NCBI GenBank assembly: GCA_951406725.2
Contig: OX597835.1
Location: 15,686,001 to 15,750,000, forward strand
Reading direction: 5' to 3'
Origin: Octopus vulgaris
Taxonomy: Eukaryota
Length of the DNA stretch: 64,000 nucleotides
A program made the translations under genes and the position numbers. Below, one piece after another: positions 1 through 14,264 of the stretch. The stretch's first letter is position 1. Each line of letters begins with the position of its first letter. Below the pieces are notes generated by a model. It worked only from the letters and a program-made list of their open reading frames with translations. It searched no databases and had not been told where the DNA came from.

Positions 1-149
1 CTTATTTCGCTAAGGATTAAGTTAATTGAGAGTTAATTAATGAAATGCAAACAAATAAGATGAATTTATAAATTTTAAAAGTACAAACTCTGAACAGTCA
101 CAGTTTCAGTATATGGTCATGAGATGAGAATGTCACAGAAAATAATCAC

Positions 150-357
150 ATGATGGATTCTTCAAGCTGAGCTAACTGGCAAGGAAGACAGGGGTACGCC
201 AAGAACAAGATGGCAGGATAATATCTATAGTCTCAAATGTTCATGTTTGGAAACCCAGCAGGAAAGTGTAATGATGGTTGCCTCTGACAGAACCCTTTGG
301 AAGAAAGGAAGATGCCTGAGGAATCAACTTCCCAGGAATAGTGAAGGGTGAAGAAGT
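150..357 (+). mobile_element. decayed RTE-type LINE 3' ORF remnant
   Basis: translates to ILQAELTGKEDRGTPRTRWQDNI...ASDRTLWK, the G.R.RG.P..RW / DR..W C-terminal pattern of RTE ORFs. Confidence 0.55.
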
Positions 358-504
358 ATGAAATTTTCAGGCTCTTCTGAGGACTTTAACTTTTTTTTTT
401 TATTACTTATGTCACAAATGTTTTCAGTTAAAATTTTTTATTACACTTTTAATCGGAATTTAGAAACTGGAAATAAATAATTAATAAAATGTCTTATATT
501 TCAG

Positions 505-583
505 ATTGAACATTTGAAGCAATGCTCTGAAATTGCCACTACACGTGCTAACAATTGGCAGCTGTTTTGCCAGAAGGAAACTG
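505..583 (+). CDS. UBR4: UBR4 exon 1 of window
   Basis: tttcag|[26 protein letters not shown]|gtaaga; ends phase 1. Confidence 0.92.
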
Positions 584-1987
584 GTAAGAGTTTTCCCAAG
601 ATTTCTTTTGTAGTTGTGTCAGATGTTCTTCAAGTGACTTAATACAGTAAACCCTAAAATAGTTGTCTGTACTGAGAGTAATCTTATAGTTTTTATACGA
701 GAACAGGGAAACCATAACTCTTTAGCATTCAGATTGCTTTGTCAAATGCAATGCTTATTTAGTCACACTGTTTTGAACTAACCACACATTATCAATGGTG
801 CGTTTGTATATTTTTAGAATGACATTGTCGGGTAAGTGCGAGAGGCCTGATCTGGTCAGTTTTAACATAAAGCCAGTAGAATATTTGGGCTGGATATGAT
901 CAGATTATAAGCTAAAAGGTTAAAGGTTTGCACTTGTGTTAGATATTCTTCATGCAATCTAGTATATTTAAAGTTAAATTTTACATGGCTATCTGCACTG
1001 AGAGTAATCTTCCAGTGTTTATATGATAATAGTGAAACCCTCATAGTATTCCACATCTGCCTTCAATATAAGGTGCTCGTTCTCTGACACTGAAGGTATC
1101 CTTAGCAATGTTAATATACTAATTAAAAAGCACCATCCGAACGTGGCCGATGCCAGCGCCGCCTTGACTGGCTTCTGTGCTGGTGGCATGTAAAAAGTAC
1201 CAATCTAATCGTGGCCGTTGCCAGCCTCGCCTGGCACGTAAAAAGCACCCACTACACTCACGGAGTGGTTGGCGATAGGAAGGGCATCCAGCTGTAGAAA
1301 CACTGCCAGATCAGACTGGAGCCTGGTGCAGCCTTCTGGCTTCCCAGATCCCCGGTCGAACCGTCCAACCCATGCTAGCATGGAAAACAGACGTTAAACG
1401 ATGATGATGAAGCCCAGGTGTGGCTGTGTGATTGAGAAGCTTACTTCCCAGTTGTGTGGTCTTGTGTTCAGCCCCACTGTGTGGCCCCTTGTAGAAACCT
1501 TGCCAGATCAGATTGGAGCTTGGTGTAGCCTCCCGGCTTGCTAGTCCTCAGTGAAACCATCCAACCCACGCCAGCATGGAAAGCAGACGTTAAACGACGT
1601 AAGATGATGAAACTAACATACAAACTGACACAGATGAAGAACGTAGACAGTAAATTTGTCATGTTGTGTGTTTGTTTCTTTGCAGATATCCTTGTGTTTT
1701 TGATGAAAGCAAGCATCATGCTTGATGAAGGTGTTGCCCCTGTCTTGCTACAGCTGCTCCAGTCAGCTGTGTGTGGCTCAAAGATAACTCAGCTAGCAGG
1801 TTCAAGTTCTAATAGCTGTGGATCTCCTACTAAGCGCAAGAAAGAAAAAGATTCTGCACCTAATATGAATACAGGTAATTAAATATTATGGTAATTAATA
1901 CATGGGGTCATTGCTTAACCTTTTTGTTACCTTACACAGATACAAACCATGCTATCTCTATAAATAAAATGAGCTGTTATAATGTTG

Positions 1988-2028
<41 letters not shown>

Positions 2029-2643
2029 CTTAAATAATTGTAAATTTGTTATTCTTTGTAAGCCTAGTACTTATTCTGTCGGTCTCTTTTGCCGAACCAC
2101 TATGTGTATACATTTTTTTGGGACACCCTGTATATATATATATATAAATATATATATATATACTAGCTGAGGTACCCGGTAATAAATTAGTTAGTAAGGT
2201 GTCTGTTTATAGTCATGAAACATTTTTCATCAAATTTCGGCATTTAAAAAAAATTTTAAATCTATATTAATGGGTAGGACCAATTTGATGAAAAAATGAG
2301 CAGTCTGGTAGCAAACCCGTGTTGTCATTTTTGTGCATGTACATAAAATGGCGAAATTTTACACTTTGGGGCAGATTTCGTGAAATTGATGCCTAAATTT
2401 TGCTTGAGAAATAAAATGCTCTTACCTAATCAAAACCTGAAACACTATGGAATTAAAACAAGTTTTAGCAAATCTAAACAATTTGCATTGAAATGAAGAA
2501 TTAGCTAATGCTAAATAGATTACCGTCAATAAGCTGTCTGTTTATACCCATGAAACGTTTTACATCGAATTGATGTCACGATGGCTAGTGCAAAAAATGC
2601 TGAAATTTTACGGTTTTTGAAAAATTAATGCTGATTAAAGGTC

Positions 2644-2685
<42 letters not shown>

Positions 2686-5239
2686 CCAAGTGCATAAGTG
2701 GGGTCATGGGCATAAGCCCCACACACATGTCAAATTTCATCAAGGTCTGTTGGATAGTTTCGTAACAAATTCACCAACACACAAACTTGCCACTTATTGT
2801 TATAGATATATATATTCACTCGAGTTCTATATTTCTTCCAGAAGCTAATGAGGATAATGGCCAACGCCAATTCCAGCAGCAGATGGATGAGCAGCTCTGC
2901 TATGACCTGGTGCAGCAACTTAACCAAACGGTGGATCATGCCCTCCTTATGAAGTTTGTGCGCTCCTTCCTCTTAGAGTCCAACTCAACTAGCTGTCGCT
3001 GGCAAGCACACTCTCTTATTCTACAGATTTACAGGTATTTCTTTTTTTAATATTCTTTTGTATTGTTCTTTTTTTTACACAAATGTTTTGAATATGAGAT
3101 TAATCTTTAATTTAGAGTTTTTAAAAAAAATTATTCCTTAGAATCTTAGTTTATACCACTTTAACCTTTTAGCAATCAGATTTCTTTGTCAAATGTAATG
3201 CTTATTTATTCACCTTGTTCTGAATTTATCAGGCATTCTCTTGCAGCTTCAATATGGCAATGATGTGCTTGTATATTTTCAGAATAACATTGTAGGGTAG
3301 GTGTGAAAGGCTGGATCTGGTCAGTTTAAACGTAAAACACAGAATATTTGGGCTGGTTATGGCCGGTTAAAATGCAATCAGTCATCACTATCATCATCAT
3401 CATCGTTTAATGTCCGCTTTCCATGCTGGCATGGGTTGGACAGTTCGACTGGGGTTTAGGAAGCCAGGAGGCTGCACCAGGCCCCAATCTGATCTGGCAG
3501 TGTTTCTACAGCTGGATGCCCTTCCTAACACCAACAATACTCTTATTCAGTTTCTCATATTCTCTATTTCACTTTTGATTTCAAAAGTACAGCCACAAAC
3601 AACACTAACAACTTCTAAACACACGTTCACATTATTTAATAATTTATCTGCTGCCCTTATTTTAAAGATTAGTCTTTGAGTGAAGGCACATGGCTCAGTG
3701 CATAGAGCATCAATCATGAAGTAGTGAATTTGATCCCTGTACTGGGCTCTATGTTGTGTTCTTGCGCAAGACACTTTATTTTACATTGCTCCAGTTCACT
3801 CACCTTTAGAAATGAGTTGCAGTGTCACTGGTACCAAGTTGCATTGGCTTTTGCCCTTGTGGAGTGGGAAGGTTGGTATGCATGGGTGACTGCTACCTTG
3901 GAGAGGGAGCCGTTGCCAGCGCCGCCTCGCCTGGCCCCCGTGCCTGTGGCATGTAAAAAGCACCATCCGACCGTGGCCGTTTGCCAGCCCCGTCTGGCAC
4001 GTAAAAAGCACCCACTACACTCACGGAGTGGTTGGCGTTAGGAAGGGCATCCAGCCGTAGAAACATTGCCAGATCAGACTGGGCCTGGTGCAGCCTCCTG
4101 GCTTCCCAGACCCCAGTTGAACCGTCCAACCCATGCTAGCATGGAAAGCAGACACTAAATGATGATGATGATGATGAATCCCATAGTCATTCGTAACCGA
4201 AGGGGCTCTTTTTACAACCTTTTCACTGTAATCATATAGATCTAATAAAAGGTGTTTCATAGTTGATTATATTATACAATTCTGATGTACTTCCTTCATG
4301 TTTATTCATCTTTGTAATTTTTATTCAGAAACTCCACCATTGACCAGCAACAAAGTCTGTTAGAATTACTGTGGAGTTTATGGAAAGAACTACCTCTCTA
4401 TGGTCGCAAAGCTGCTCAATTTGTTGATCTTCTTGGCTTCTTTGTGTTGAAAACAAGTCAAAAATCTGATAAAAAGGTTGGTTTATTCAATTATGTTTAA
4501 TGATATATTGTTGGGGTTTCCCCCCACCCCCCAGTTTTAAATATCTCACATATATCAAATTATTCCAGTGTATATTTTTTGTATCAAGTCCTTGGAATTC
4601 TGTCTTTGACCTAAAAAGGAGAATGACTATATTTCGTAAGACACCTTCAGTGGCATGCTGACAAAACTGGCAGGCTTTCATGTTATCTGTGCTCCTTCAA
4701 CGAAGACCCTGCAACATTTAAAATACTAGTTTCCTTCTTTGTTCCATGTTAAAATTTAGTTTGTATTTTTTCATCCCTTATTAATTAAATAAAGTTTGCT
4801 TTGTTGATTAAATCCATTGGGTATTTTATTTTTATGATAATTTACTTAAAAAAAGTTTTTTTCCTTTTTTATTTCCCTCCAGATCCAAGAGTATTTAGAA
4901 AAAGCAGTATCTGTTCTGAAGGAAGAAAACCAGATATTAGCCAACCATCCAAATGCCACAATTTATAAGTAAGAATTAATGAATAAATATTAATTGTATA
5001 TCTTTTTGTTATATATTTTAATGTGTGATAGCTTATTAAAAATCTACCTCTTTAATAAATGAAAATCATTATTCTGTGATGATATTTGCTCAATAGATAA
5101 AAAAAATTCTAAATTCCAAATATTTGACATCTTCCTAACCGCATCTTCCATTCTGCTATATTAATATAATATTAATATATATATATATATATTAATATAT
5201 TAATATTAATATGTATATTAATATATATATATATTAATA

Positions 5240-5279
<40 letters not shown>

Positions 5280-8200
5280 AATGGAAGCCAACACTGTTTA
5301 ACCGTTTTGTTGCCATATTTCTTTTGAGATGCTCTCTGTTTCTTTCAATTACTTTAAATATAAAAAAGAATTTAGTAAAATAACTTAGTCATCATTCAGC
5401 TAGTGTTAGGAACATAAATTGTGACTAAAGTTTGGTGGAAGATTTTAATTCAAAACTTATGAAAACAAGATATTTGTACTCAGAGCCAGATATGGTTTCA
5501 GCTGAGTCAGTAACAAAAGGGTTAAATAGTGTCTCTAACATGGCACAATTAAATTTTTGAAATGATCTTGTCTATTCAGCTTTAACCAACTGTTTGTGTA
5601 AATATTCGTCTTTTGCAGTATGCTTCAAGGTTTGGTTGATTTTGATGGCTACTATTTAGAGAGTGATCCTTGTCTTGTCTGCAATAATCCAGAAGTTCCT
5701 TTTGCAGTAAGTAGACCATTTACGTTTTTTTTTTGTTTTTGTTTTTAATGTAATGTATATATTTTAGAAGAAATGAGATTACTATTGAAATATTTTATTG
5801 GTCTGAGGGTTGAAGTTGGGGAAGTTATTACCTCCCTTGCTGGCAACCTGAGAATTCTCTCTTCAGGTGAAGGGTAAATTGTATGTTGCTGGTGTATGAA
5901 GTATGTTAGTGATTGGTTTGTGAGATGTGGGTGGGGACAAATGAAGCAAGCATGATTCTGCCGAGTGTGTGTGATGTTAAATGATAACGAAGAACGTGGC
6001 AGAGAGAAGCTGAGGTGTAAAAGGAATCAGATGCAGTGAGCAAAAATGAAGACCGTGTTGGTGCAGACGTGTTATGTGCATATGGAAGGTTAACGGATGG
6101 GTAAAGAAGTACCAGAATGTCTGATTGGAAGGAAACTGTGGAAGAGGAAGACCAAGAAAGACATGGACAGAAGTGAAAGCTGACCTCAAGATATTGAACC
6201 TCACCTGAGAGATGACAAAAGAACACAACAGTGAGGTGCTGTGTTGGAAAGGATCCCTCCGATCCATACAAGTATGGAATAGTGGATGTAAAAAAGATGA
6301 CTATGCTGATGGCTTAGGTGATTGGTAAAGTAAAATAGTTTAAAGGGCATGGCTGTGTGGTTAGGGAGCTTGCTTCCTAGCCACATGGTTTCGTGTTCAG
6401 TCCCACTGCGTGGCACTTTGGGTAGATGTCTTCCACTATAGCCCCGAGCCGACCGAAGCTTTGTGATTGAATTCGGCAGGCGGAAGTTACTGCCGTGTGT
6501 GTATATGTGCGTGTAAGTGCTTGTGCCTCTCCGAAAGAGAGAGAGAGATTGAATTAACTTTTAATATGCTTATTCTGAAAGTTATATTATTAATATCTAA
6601 TCTTAAATTATTGAATGCATTTAAAAAAAAAATTTTGTTTTAATGGATATAATTTTGTTCTGATCTATCTTTCTTTTGTCTGTTTTAGAACTTGAAGCTT
6701 TCTGCTATTAAAGTTGATTCTAAATTCACTACCACAACTCAAATTGTAAAATTGGTTGGCAGTCACACTATTTCAAAGATCTCCCTTAGGATAAGTGATC
6801 TGAAAAGAACTAAAATGGTAACTTTTTTTAAGTCCTTCATAATAATTTTAAAGAAAAAAAGATCACTTTTATTTATTTATGTTACTTTATGATGTTTTTA
6901 ACGATATCGAAGTAATTTATCTTTGTATAAATTTCCTATATTAAACTGAACGTTATTTACTTTGGAAACATATTTAATAATCAATTAACTGCTATTTTAA
7001 GTGTTTTAATTAACTGTTGTTTTAGCTTGTGCTGCATGGATCATATAAGTGTCCATTTTATATTTGCCTTTCTGTGAAATTTTCCAATGAGTCACCTCTG
7101 ATTCTTGTTACATAATAATTACATTATCGTCACGTTGTTGGTCAGAAGGTCTGAGACAGGTGTGGGTCTAAACAACAAAAACCACAATGAATGAATCTGT
7201 TTGCAAATGAAGGTGTCACTTTGACATTATGAATGAATTCTGAATATATTTGTGTCATAAAATCAACATTTATAGATTCAGCCAGTGATTGAGTAAAAGA
7301 TGAGTTATTCTGTGAAAACATTGTGAAAGGTAGGAGAGTCCAGTTTGCTGGACATTGTTGTAGAGCTGAAAAAGAGGTAATTTCTACTCTTCTCCTCTGG
7401 AAGCCATCTACTCGCAATACCAGAGGGCGCACACTCTCCTACCCTGATGTAATCTCCAGGGATACAGGCATCCAGCAACAGGACCTCCGTAATGCCATGA
7501 TGGACCGTGAAGTCTGGCGTAGCATGGTAAATTCCATTGTCTCGACCACAGTCGAACAATGATGATGTTGGGGACATAAGATACAGATTATAGGTGTCTT
7601 GAATGGGATCCTTTGCTTATTTGAGATCAGCAAGTGGAAGTCACCAAAGAAAGTTACTTTGGTGTGTTAAACACAGTTTTGTTGGTACCTAGCTGAAACT
7701 CTCCTCAGTTTTTGCATCTTGATTTGGTCTTATTTCCGCAAGATATTGTACACAATAGGTTAGGCCTAATGTTTGTTTGCAGAATTGGTTGAGGAAATTG
7801 AAGTAGGCGTTGTCAACAGTAATGGACAAGATTTGATGAATGTCAGGTGTGTGGAGGTCGAGGCATGTGTTAAGAGTCACATTATCTGAAACCTTTTGTA
7901 TTTACGTCAACTATTTCCTGGTTTTGTAGGTGCGTGTAATGAATATCTACTACAACAATAGATCCGTACAAGCTGTGGTGGAGTTGAAAAACAAGTAAAT
8001 ATGTTTACTCTTTCTGTGTTGCTGTTGTTTTGTTTATTTCCTTGTTTCAGCCATTGGGTTGTGGCCATGCTGAAGCATTGCCTTGAGTTTCAGTTGAACA
8101 AATCAATCCCTGTACTTATTTTTAAAAAGCACCATCCGAATCGTGGCCGAAGCCAGTGCCACCTCGACTGGCTTCCGTGCAGGTGGCACATAAAATGCAC

Positions 8201-9435
8201 CAATCCGACCGTGGCCGATGCCAGCCTCGCCTGGCACCAGTGCAGGTGGCATGTAAAAAGCACCCATTACACTCTCGGAGTGGTTGGCGTTAGGAAGGGC
8301 ATCCAGCTGTAGAAACTTTGCCAGATAAGACCGGAGCCTGGTGCAGCCTTCTGGCTTCCCAGATTCCCGGTCGAACCGTCCAACCCATGCTAGCATGGAG
8401 AACGGACGTTAAACGATGATGATGATGATTCTATTGAACTCTTTTGCTGGAAAATCAGTTATGTACCTGTACTAATTTTAAAAAAAAAAATTTATTTTCA
8501 TTTTTTAAATTTACAAACAATATAATGTAACTTTAAATATTTTCATTAAAAATCTTCATTCTCAACATGCTTGTTATAACTTTGCCTGACTTGTAAAGAA
8601 GTTTTGCAATTGTGATTTCAGGCCTGGTTTATGGCACAAAGCTCGTAGAGTTACACTTGGAAATGGACAAACTGATGTTAAAGTAAGTAGTCAAGTGAAA
8701 TCACAATCCCTTTCTTTTTTTTTTTAAATTCTATTCTGGCTAATTTTTTATTTATCCTTATTTGTTATCACATAAAATTACTTGCATTTCTCAATGAATT
8801 GGGTTTTTTTCTCCCCATTTTTCGCATTTTAGGTAGAATTCCCCATTCCAATTGTAGCCTGTAACTTAATGATTGAGTATGCTGATTTCTATGACAATTT
8901 ACAAGCTACTGCAGAAACGCTGCAGTGTCCTCGGTGCAGTGCAAGTGTTCGAGCTAATCCTGGTGTTTGTGGCAATTGCGGAGAAAATGTTTTTCAATGT
9001 CATAAGTGCAGGTAAGGAAACTGCTGTTATTTCATATAATTAGGAACTAAAATATATATATATATATATATTATATAAAAGGGCTTAGTAAAATAAATTA
9101 CTTTGCCACATACTGAACTCATTAGAAATAGTAGCTAAAAAAAACATTTTTAAAACTATTTCTAATACTTAAAGATTTTCACCCCCATACTTTCGTGAGT
9201 TGAATTGAGCAAACACTATATGAGAGAGATTTTCTTTAAGTATTAGAAATAGTTTTAAAAAGGTTTTTTTTAGCTACTATTTCTAATGAGTTCAGTATGT
9301 GGCAAAGTAATTTATTTTACTAAGCCCTTTTATATAATGTAATAATTTGAATTCGCCTTAAATGGTCCCTTTACATACTGAACACTTGGTGAAATTGATT
9401 AATAATTAATTAATTAATTTTACCCTCAATTGTTG

Positions 9436-9484
<49 letters not shown>

Positions 9485-9724
9485 TCTTTACTCTCTCTTT
9501 TACTCTTTTACTTGTTTCAGTCATTTGACTGCGGCCATGCTGGAGCACCGCCTTTAGTCGAGCAAATCGACCCCGGGACTTATTCTTTGTAAGCCCAGTA
9601 CTTATTCTATCGGTCTCTTTTGCCGAACCGCTAAGTGACGGGGACATAAACACACCAGCATCGGTTGTCAAGCAATGCTAGGAGGACAAACACAGACACA
9701 CAAACACACACACACACATCACAT

Positions 9725-9780
<56 letters not shown>

Positions 9781-12700
9781 GACAGGCTTCTTTCAGTTTC
9801 CGTCTACCAAATCCACTCACAAGGCGTTGGTTGACCTGGGGCTATAGCAGAAGATACTTGCCCAAGATGCCACGCAGTGGGACTGAACCCGGAACCATGT
9901 GGTTGGTTAGCAAGCCACTTACTAAACAGCCACTCCTGCGCCTTTATATATATAAAGGTAATGAAAAGATCCTCTCAGTGATTCTGGGGTGCTGGGTTTA
10001 TTACCCCTGAAAAAATGTTGTGGGCGAGTATTAGGTATTGAGCAAATTTGAAGGAGAGGATTCTGCACCAATTGGGCAATTAGCAATGTTAATCAGTCAT
10101 AACATCCAGCTAAGATGTAGGCAGACATCATGCAATGAGATAAAATTACCTGCTAAAACCCAGAGAAGATGTCGTACAACATAGACCTACACCCATGCAA
10201 CAGAAGTTAAAGGCATCAAAGATGCACATGACCATGAGTTGGTAATTCCTCTTCAAGTCGCATCCTATCATCTTACCAAGAGAAGGAAACCTGCATCTAG
10301 GATAATGCTGTCCTGAATAGACAAAACCCTAAACAGACATCCACCATATCCACTGTAGTAGTAGTTAATCCTCACAATCTTTGTACAATCACCCAGGCAA
10401 GTCTCAGCACCCCAAAACACTACTTTGCCATCTTTGGCACCCTGTCTTTGCAATTCAATCCAAGCAAATACAAAACTAGTATCATCGTTTTTACTTGCTG
10501 GCTGGTGTTGGACAAGGTTGGTTTTCTGTTCCTCAGAAGATGCAGCTATTGTTGCATCTCTGTCGGCTTTTCCTCCTATCATCCTCCTTACTGTCTCACT
10601 CTCTAGACCAGTGGTTTTCAACCAGAGTTCCGCGGAACCTTAGGGTTCTGCCAGTACAGTGCAGGGGTTCCGCAAGAAGTTACAAAACTGCTAAAATCGG
10701 CAGTAATTTTTAAGTCTCCTGTGCAGATATGTGTGCATAAGACTATTAAATTATTGCACAGGGGTTGCTCGAGCCAGTGGAATGTTTCCTTGGGGTTCCG
10801 CTCCAGCAACTGTCTCACTGCTCTAGACCCTAGACTAAACGCTTTGCCCAATTCTTCTCAAGTGTCACTTCAAACCTCTTGACATCTCTCCCTACCTCAC
10901 ATCTGCCTCCCAGGCATCAACCTTCATAAGCTGAATCTGTACATCAATTATTGCTCTTGCCCATATGGCACCACACATAAACAAAACACTACAGTCACTG
11001 CCACTTCTCCTTGGATTAAATAATAAAAAGAAAGATATTTATTAAACCTTTATTTGTATATGAAAATAGCTTGATTTATGGATGACAGTTTAAATAAGTA
11101 ATTATTATATTTTTTTGTAGGTCTATTAACTATGATGAAAAAGATCCTTTTCTGTGTAATGCTTGTGGTTTCTGCAAATATGCTAAATTTGACTTCACGA
11201 TGACTGCCAAGCCATGCTGTGCTGTTGATCCCATTGAAAACGAAGATGATCGGAAAAAAGTATGTGAACTTATTAAACTCTTGAGACTTTGCAAAGTGTC
11301 ATATTTGGAACCAATGTTCTTCATGTTTTGCTATAGAAGATAAATTTTGTGAAATAAAGTTGCTGCACATTATCATCATCATCATCGTTTAACATCTGTT
11401 AAATGATATTATTTAAGAAATATTTAAAATAAAATTGGCAGAAATAAATTGTTGCTTCTATCTTTGGCGTTAGGAAGGGCATCCAGCCGTAGAAACCCTG
11501 CCAGATCTGACTGGGCCTGATGCAGCCTTCTGGCTTCACAGACCTCAGTTGAACCGTCTAACCCATGCTAGCATGGAAAGTGGACGCTAAATGATGATGA
11601 TGATGATGATCTTTAAAGATTACTGACCAACAATATTATTAAGATGATGATTTTATATAATTTATTTTCCCATTCGTAAATTAAGATGGTGTGGGAGATG
11701 ACAATTATTTATATTGGTTTCAAATTTTGGTACAAGGCCAGCAGTTTTGGGTGGAAGAGGTTGATTAAATTGATCCCAGTGCGCAACTGGTATAAATTTT
11801 ATTGATCCCGAAAGGTCAAGTCTACCTCCGTAGAATTTGAACTCAGAACATAAAGACAGATGAAATACCAATAAGCATTTTGCCCAGCATGCTAACGAAT
11901 CTACCAGCTGGTCGCCTTAATAATTTATATTAAACACCTGTGCCGCCTTGACTGGCTTCCATAAAATGCACCAATCCGACCGTGGCCGATGCCAGCTTCG
12001 CCTGGCACCAGTGCAGGTGGCACGTAAAAAGCACCCACTACACTCACGGAGTGGTTGGCGTTAGGAAGGGCATCCGGCTGTAGAAACTTTGCCAGATAAG
12101 ACCGGAGCCTGGTGCAGCCTTCTGGCTTCCCAGATCCCCGGTCGAACCGTCCAACCCATGCTAGCATGGAGAACAGACGCTAAACGATGATGATGATGAT
12201 GATGTTTCGACATTTATAAAACCTTATTTCGATGATCATAGAATGCAAATTATTTTTTTTTATTTGGATGCTTCATTGTGGAAATATTTTTAAAATTTTA
12301 TTTTAGTCAATTGCAACTATCAACAGCTTATTAGAAAAGGCAGATCGTACTTATAAACAACTGCAAGCACACAAACCAGCTCTAGAAAATTTGTTGATGC
12401 AAGTGACAGAACACAGCTCTGACAAAACTTTGGTAAGTTTCTTTCTAACACTTCCTTCTCATCCTCCTCCCCTTTCACTAAAGAAATTTTCACATTAAAA
12501 CATTTAATTTAAAAAATTTTTTTCACTTGTGTGTCAGCCTCCCCTTTTGTTTGTTATGTTTATTTTCCTTTTTCTACTTTAACATATTCTGAAGACCATT
12601 TCTAGCTGCTTTTTTAAAATTAACCTTTTTATTAACTTTTTTTATGCATCATTTCAACTGTTTTTACAGATCTATACCCCAGTCAAAGATCTCACAAATC

Positions 12701-14230
12701 GCTGTTTCAAAACTAGTCAGCTGAGTTGTTTTGGGGTTAGTGTTTTTAATCTTCATTGAATATTCCCAGTTTTTCTATTTTTTGTCAACATATTCTCCCC
12801 CATCCCACCCTCTCCAGAAAACGGCCAGAAAGGAGACAGTTTGAAAGAAAGAAATTTCGAGAATTGATCCAAATTTTCTTATTTTCTGTTTTTTTATTCT
12901 TTGTAACTGTTGTTTATCAATTTAGTGATTCTTCAGTTGATCACACAACTCAAATCTAAAACTGATTCGGCTCTTTAGAATGCTTCTATGTTGGTGCTTC
13001 AGTTTTTCTGCTCTCTTAATCACTTATTTTTGGAGCTTCTAACATCTACTTTTTCATCTTGTATAATATACATTTATATTCTCTAATTAGCAGTCACTTT
13101 TTTGAATTATGAAATTTCCTTAAAAAAACATCTTTATTTTTAATTATTTCTTGGTTTATCATAACTTCTACAATGTTAACTTTACATTTTGATCTCTTGA
13201 AAAAGTTTACCATTTGAAAAAAAAATATATAATGAATTTATTTCTGTAATTAATAATTCCATTGAAAAGTGATATACTCATTGATGTTATCAGCCTGTCT
13301 CAATTTACATTATTATTAGTGCAGAAAATATTATTTCTAATTTTAAATTAAGTATAAAATATTTTACAAATGTTCATCTCTACATAACACAACACTAGGT
13401 TATCTTAACAACATAACATTTAAGTCATGTCACATGCTGTGACTGCTAAGACCCCACAAATAAAGTGAGTTCATGGCTTGCAGGACGGCCTGCTGGGCTT
13501 ACCTTGGATCGTAGGGCGACCTGCTGTGCTTGAGGAGATCTATTGAGTTCAAGTACATCAACATCAAAATAAAAATCAAATGGAAATTGTAGTTGTGATA
13601 CTCGTGCTGGTGGCACGTAAAAAACAGCATCCGAACGTGGTCGATACCAGTGCGTGCCTTGACTGGCGTCCGTGCCGGTGGCATGTAAAAAGCACCAACC
13701 GATCATGGACATTACCAGTCTCCTCTGGCCCCTGTGCCAGTGGCACGTAAAAAGCACCCACTACACTGACGGAGTGGTTGGCATTAGGAAGGGCATCCAG
13801 TTGTAGAAACACTGATAGATCAGACTGGAGCCTGGCTTCCCAGACTCCGGTCGAACCGTCCAACCCATGCTAGCATGGAAAATGGATGTTAAATGATGAT
13901 GATATTATGTGGCGAATTTTAATAGGCTTCCTGGGGTCGATTTGCTTGACTAAAGGCGGTGCTCCAGCATGGCCTCAGTCAGATGACTGAAACGAGTAAG
14001 AGTAAAAGGTTAATGTGATATTGTCATAGTGAAAGAGTAAAATCTTAAGAATTTAGTGATGGTCTTCCTCCTTTGACTAAAACCATCAAGCCTTCCCACC
14101 ATAAACTAAATTGTTTCATTTTCTCAGCTGTTGATAATAGTAATAATAATAATAATAATTTCTATTCTAGAGTAGAAAAAAAAAGATTATTATTATTAAC
14201 TGTTGAGTAAATTATTTCATTTTCTTAACT

Positions 14231-14264
<34 letters not shown>

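Noticed and set aside
3410-3679. Recurrent ORFs containing [12 protein letters not shown] and MLAWVGRFD that look like a protein family
   Set aside because: They are antisense translations of the non-coding RTE 3' UTR repeat; frames and stops vary between copies.
5156-5280. AT-only quasi-palindromic tract
   Set aside because: Degenerate (TA)n microsatellite; self-complementarity is trivial.
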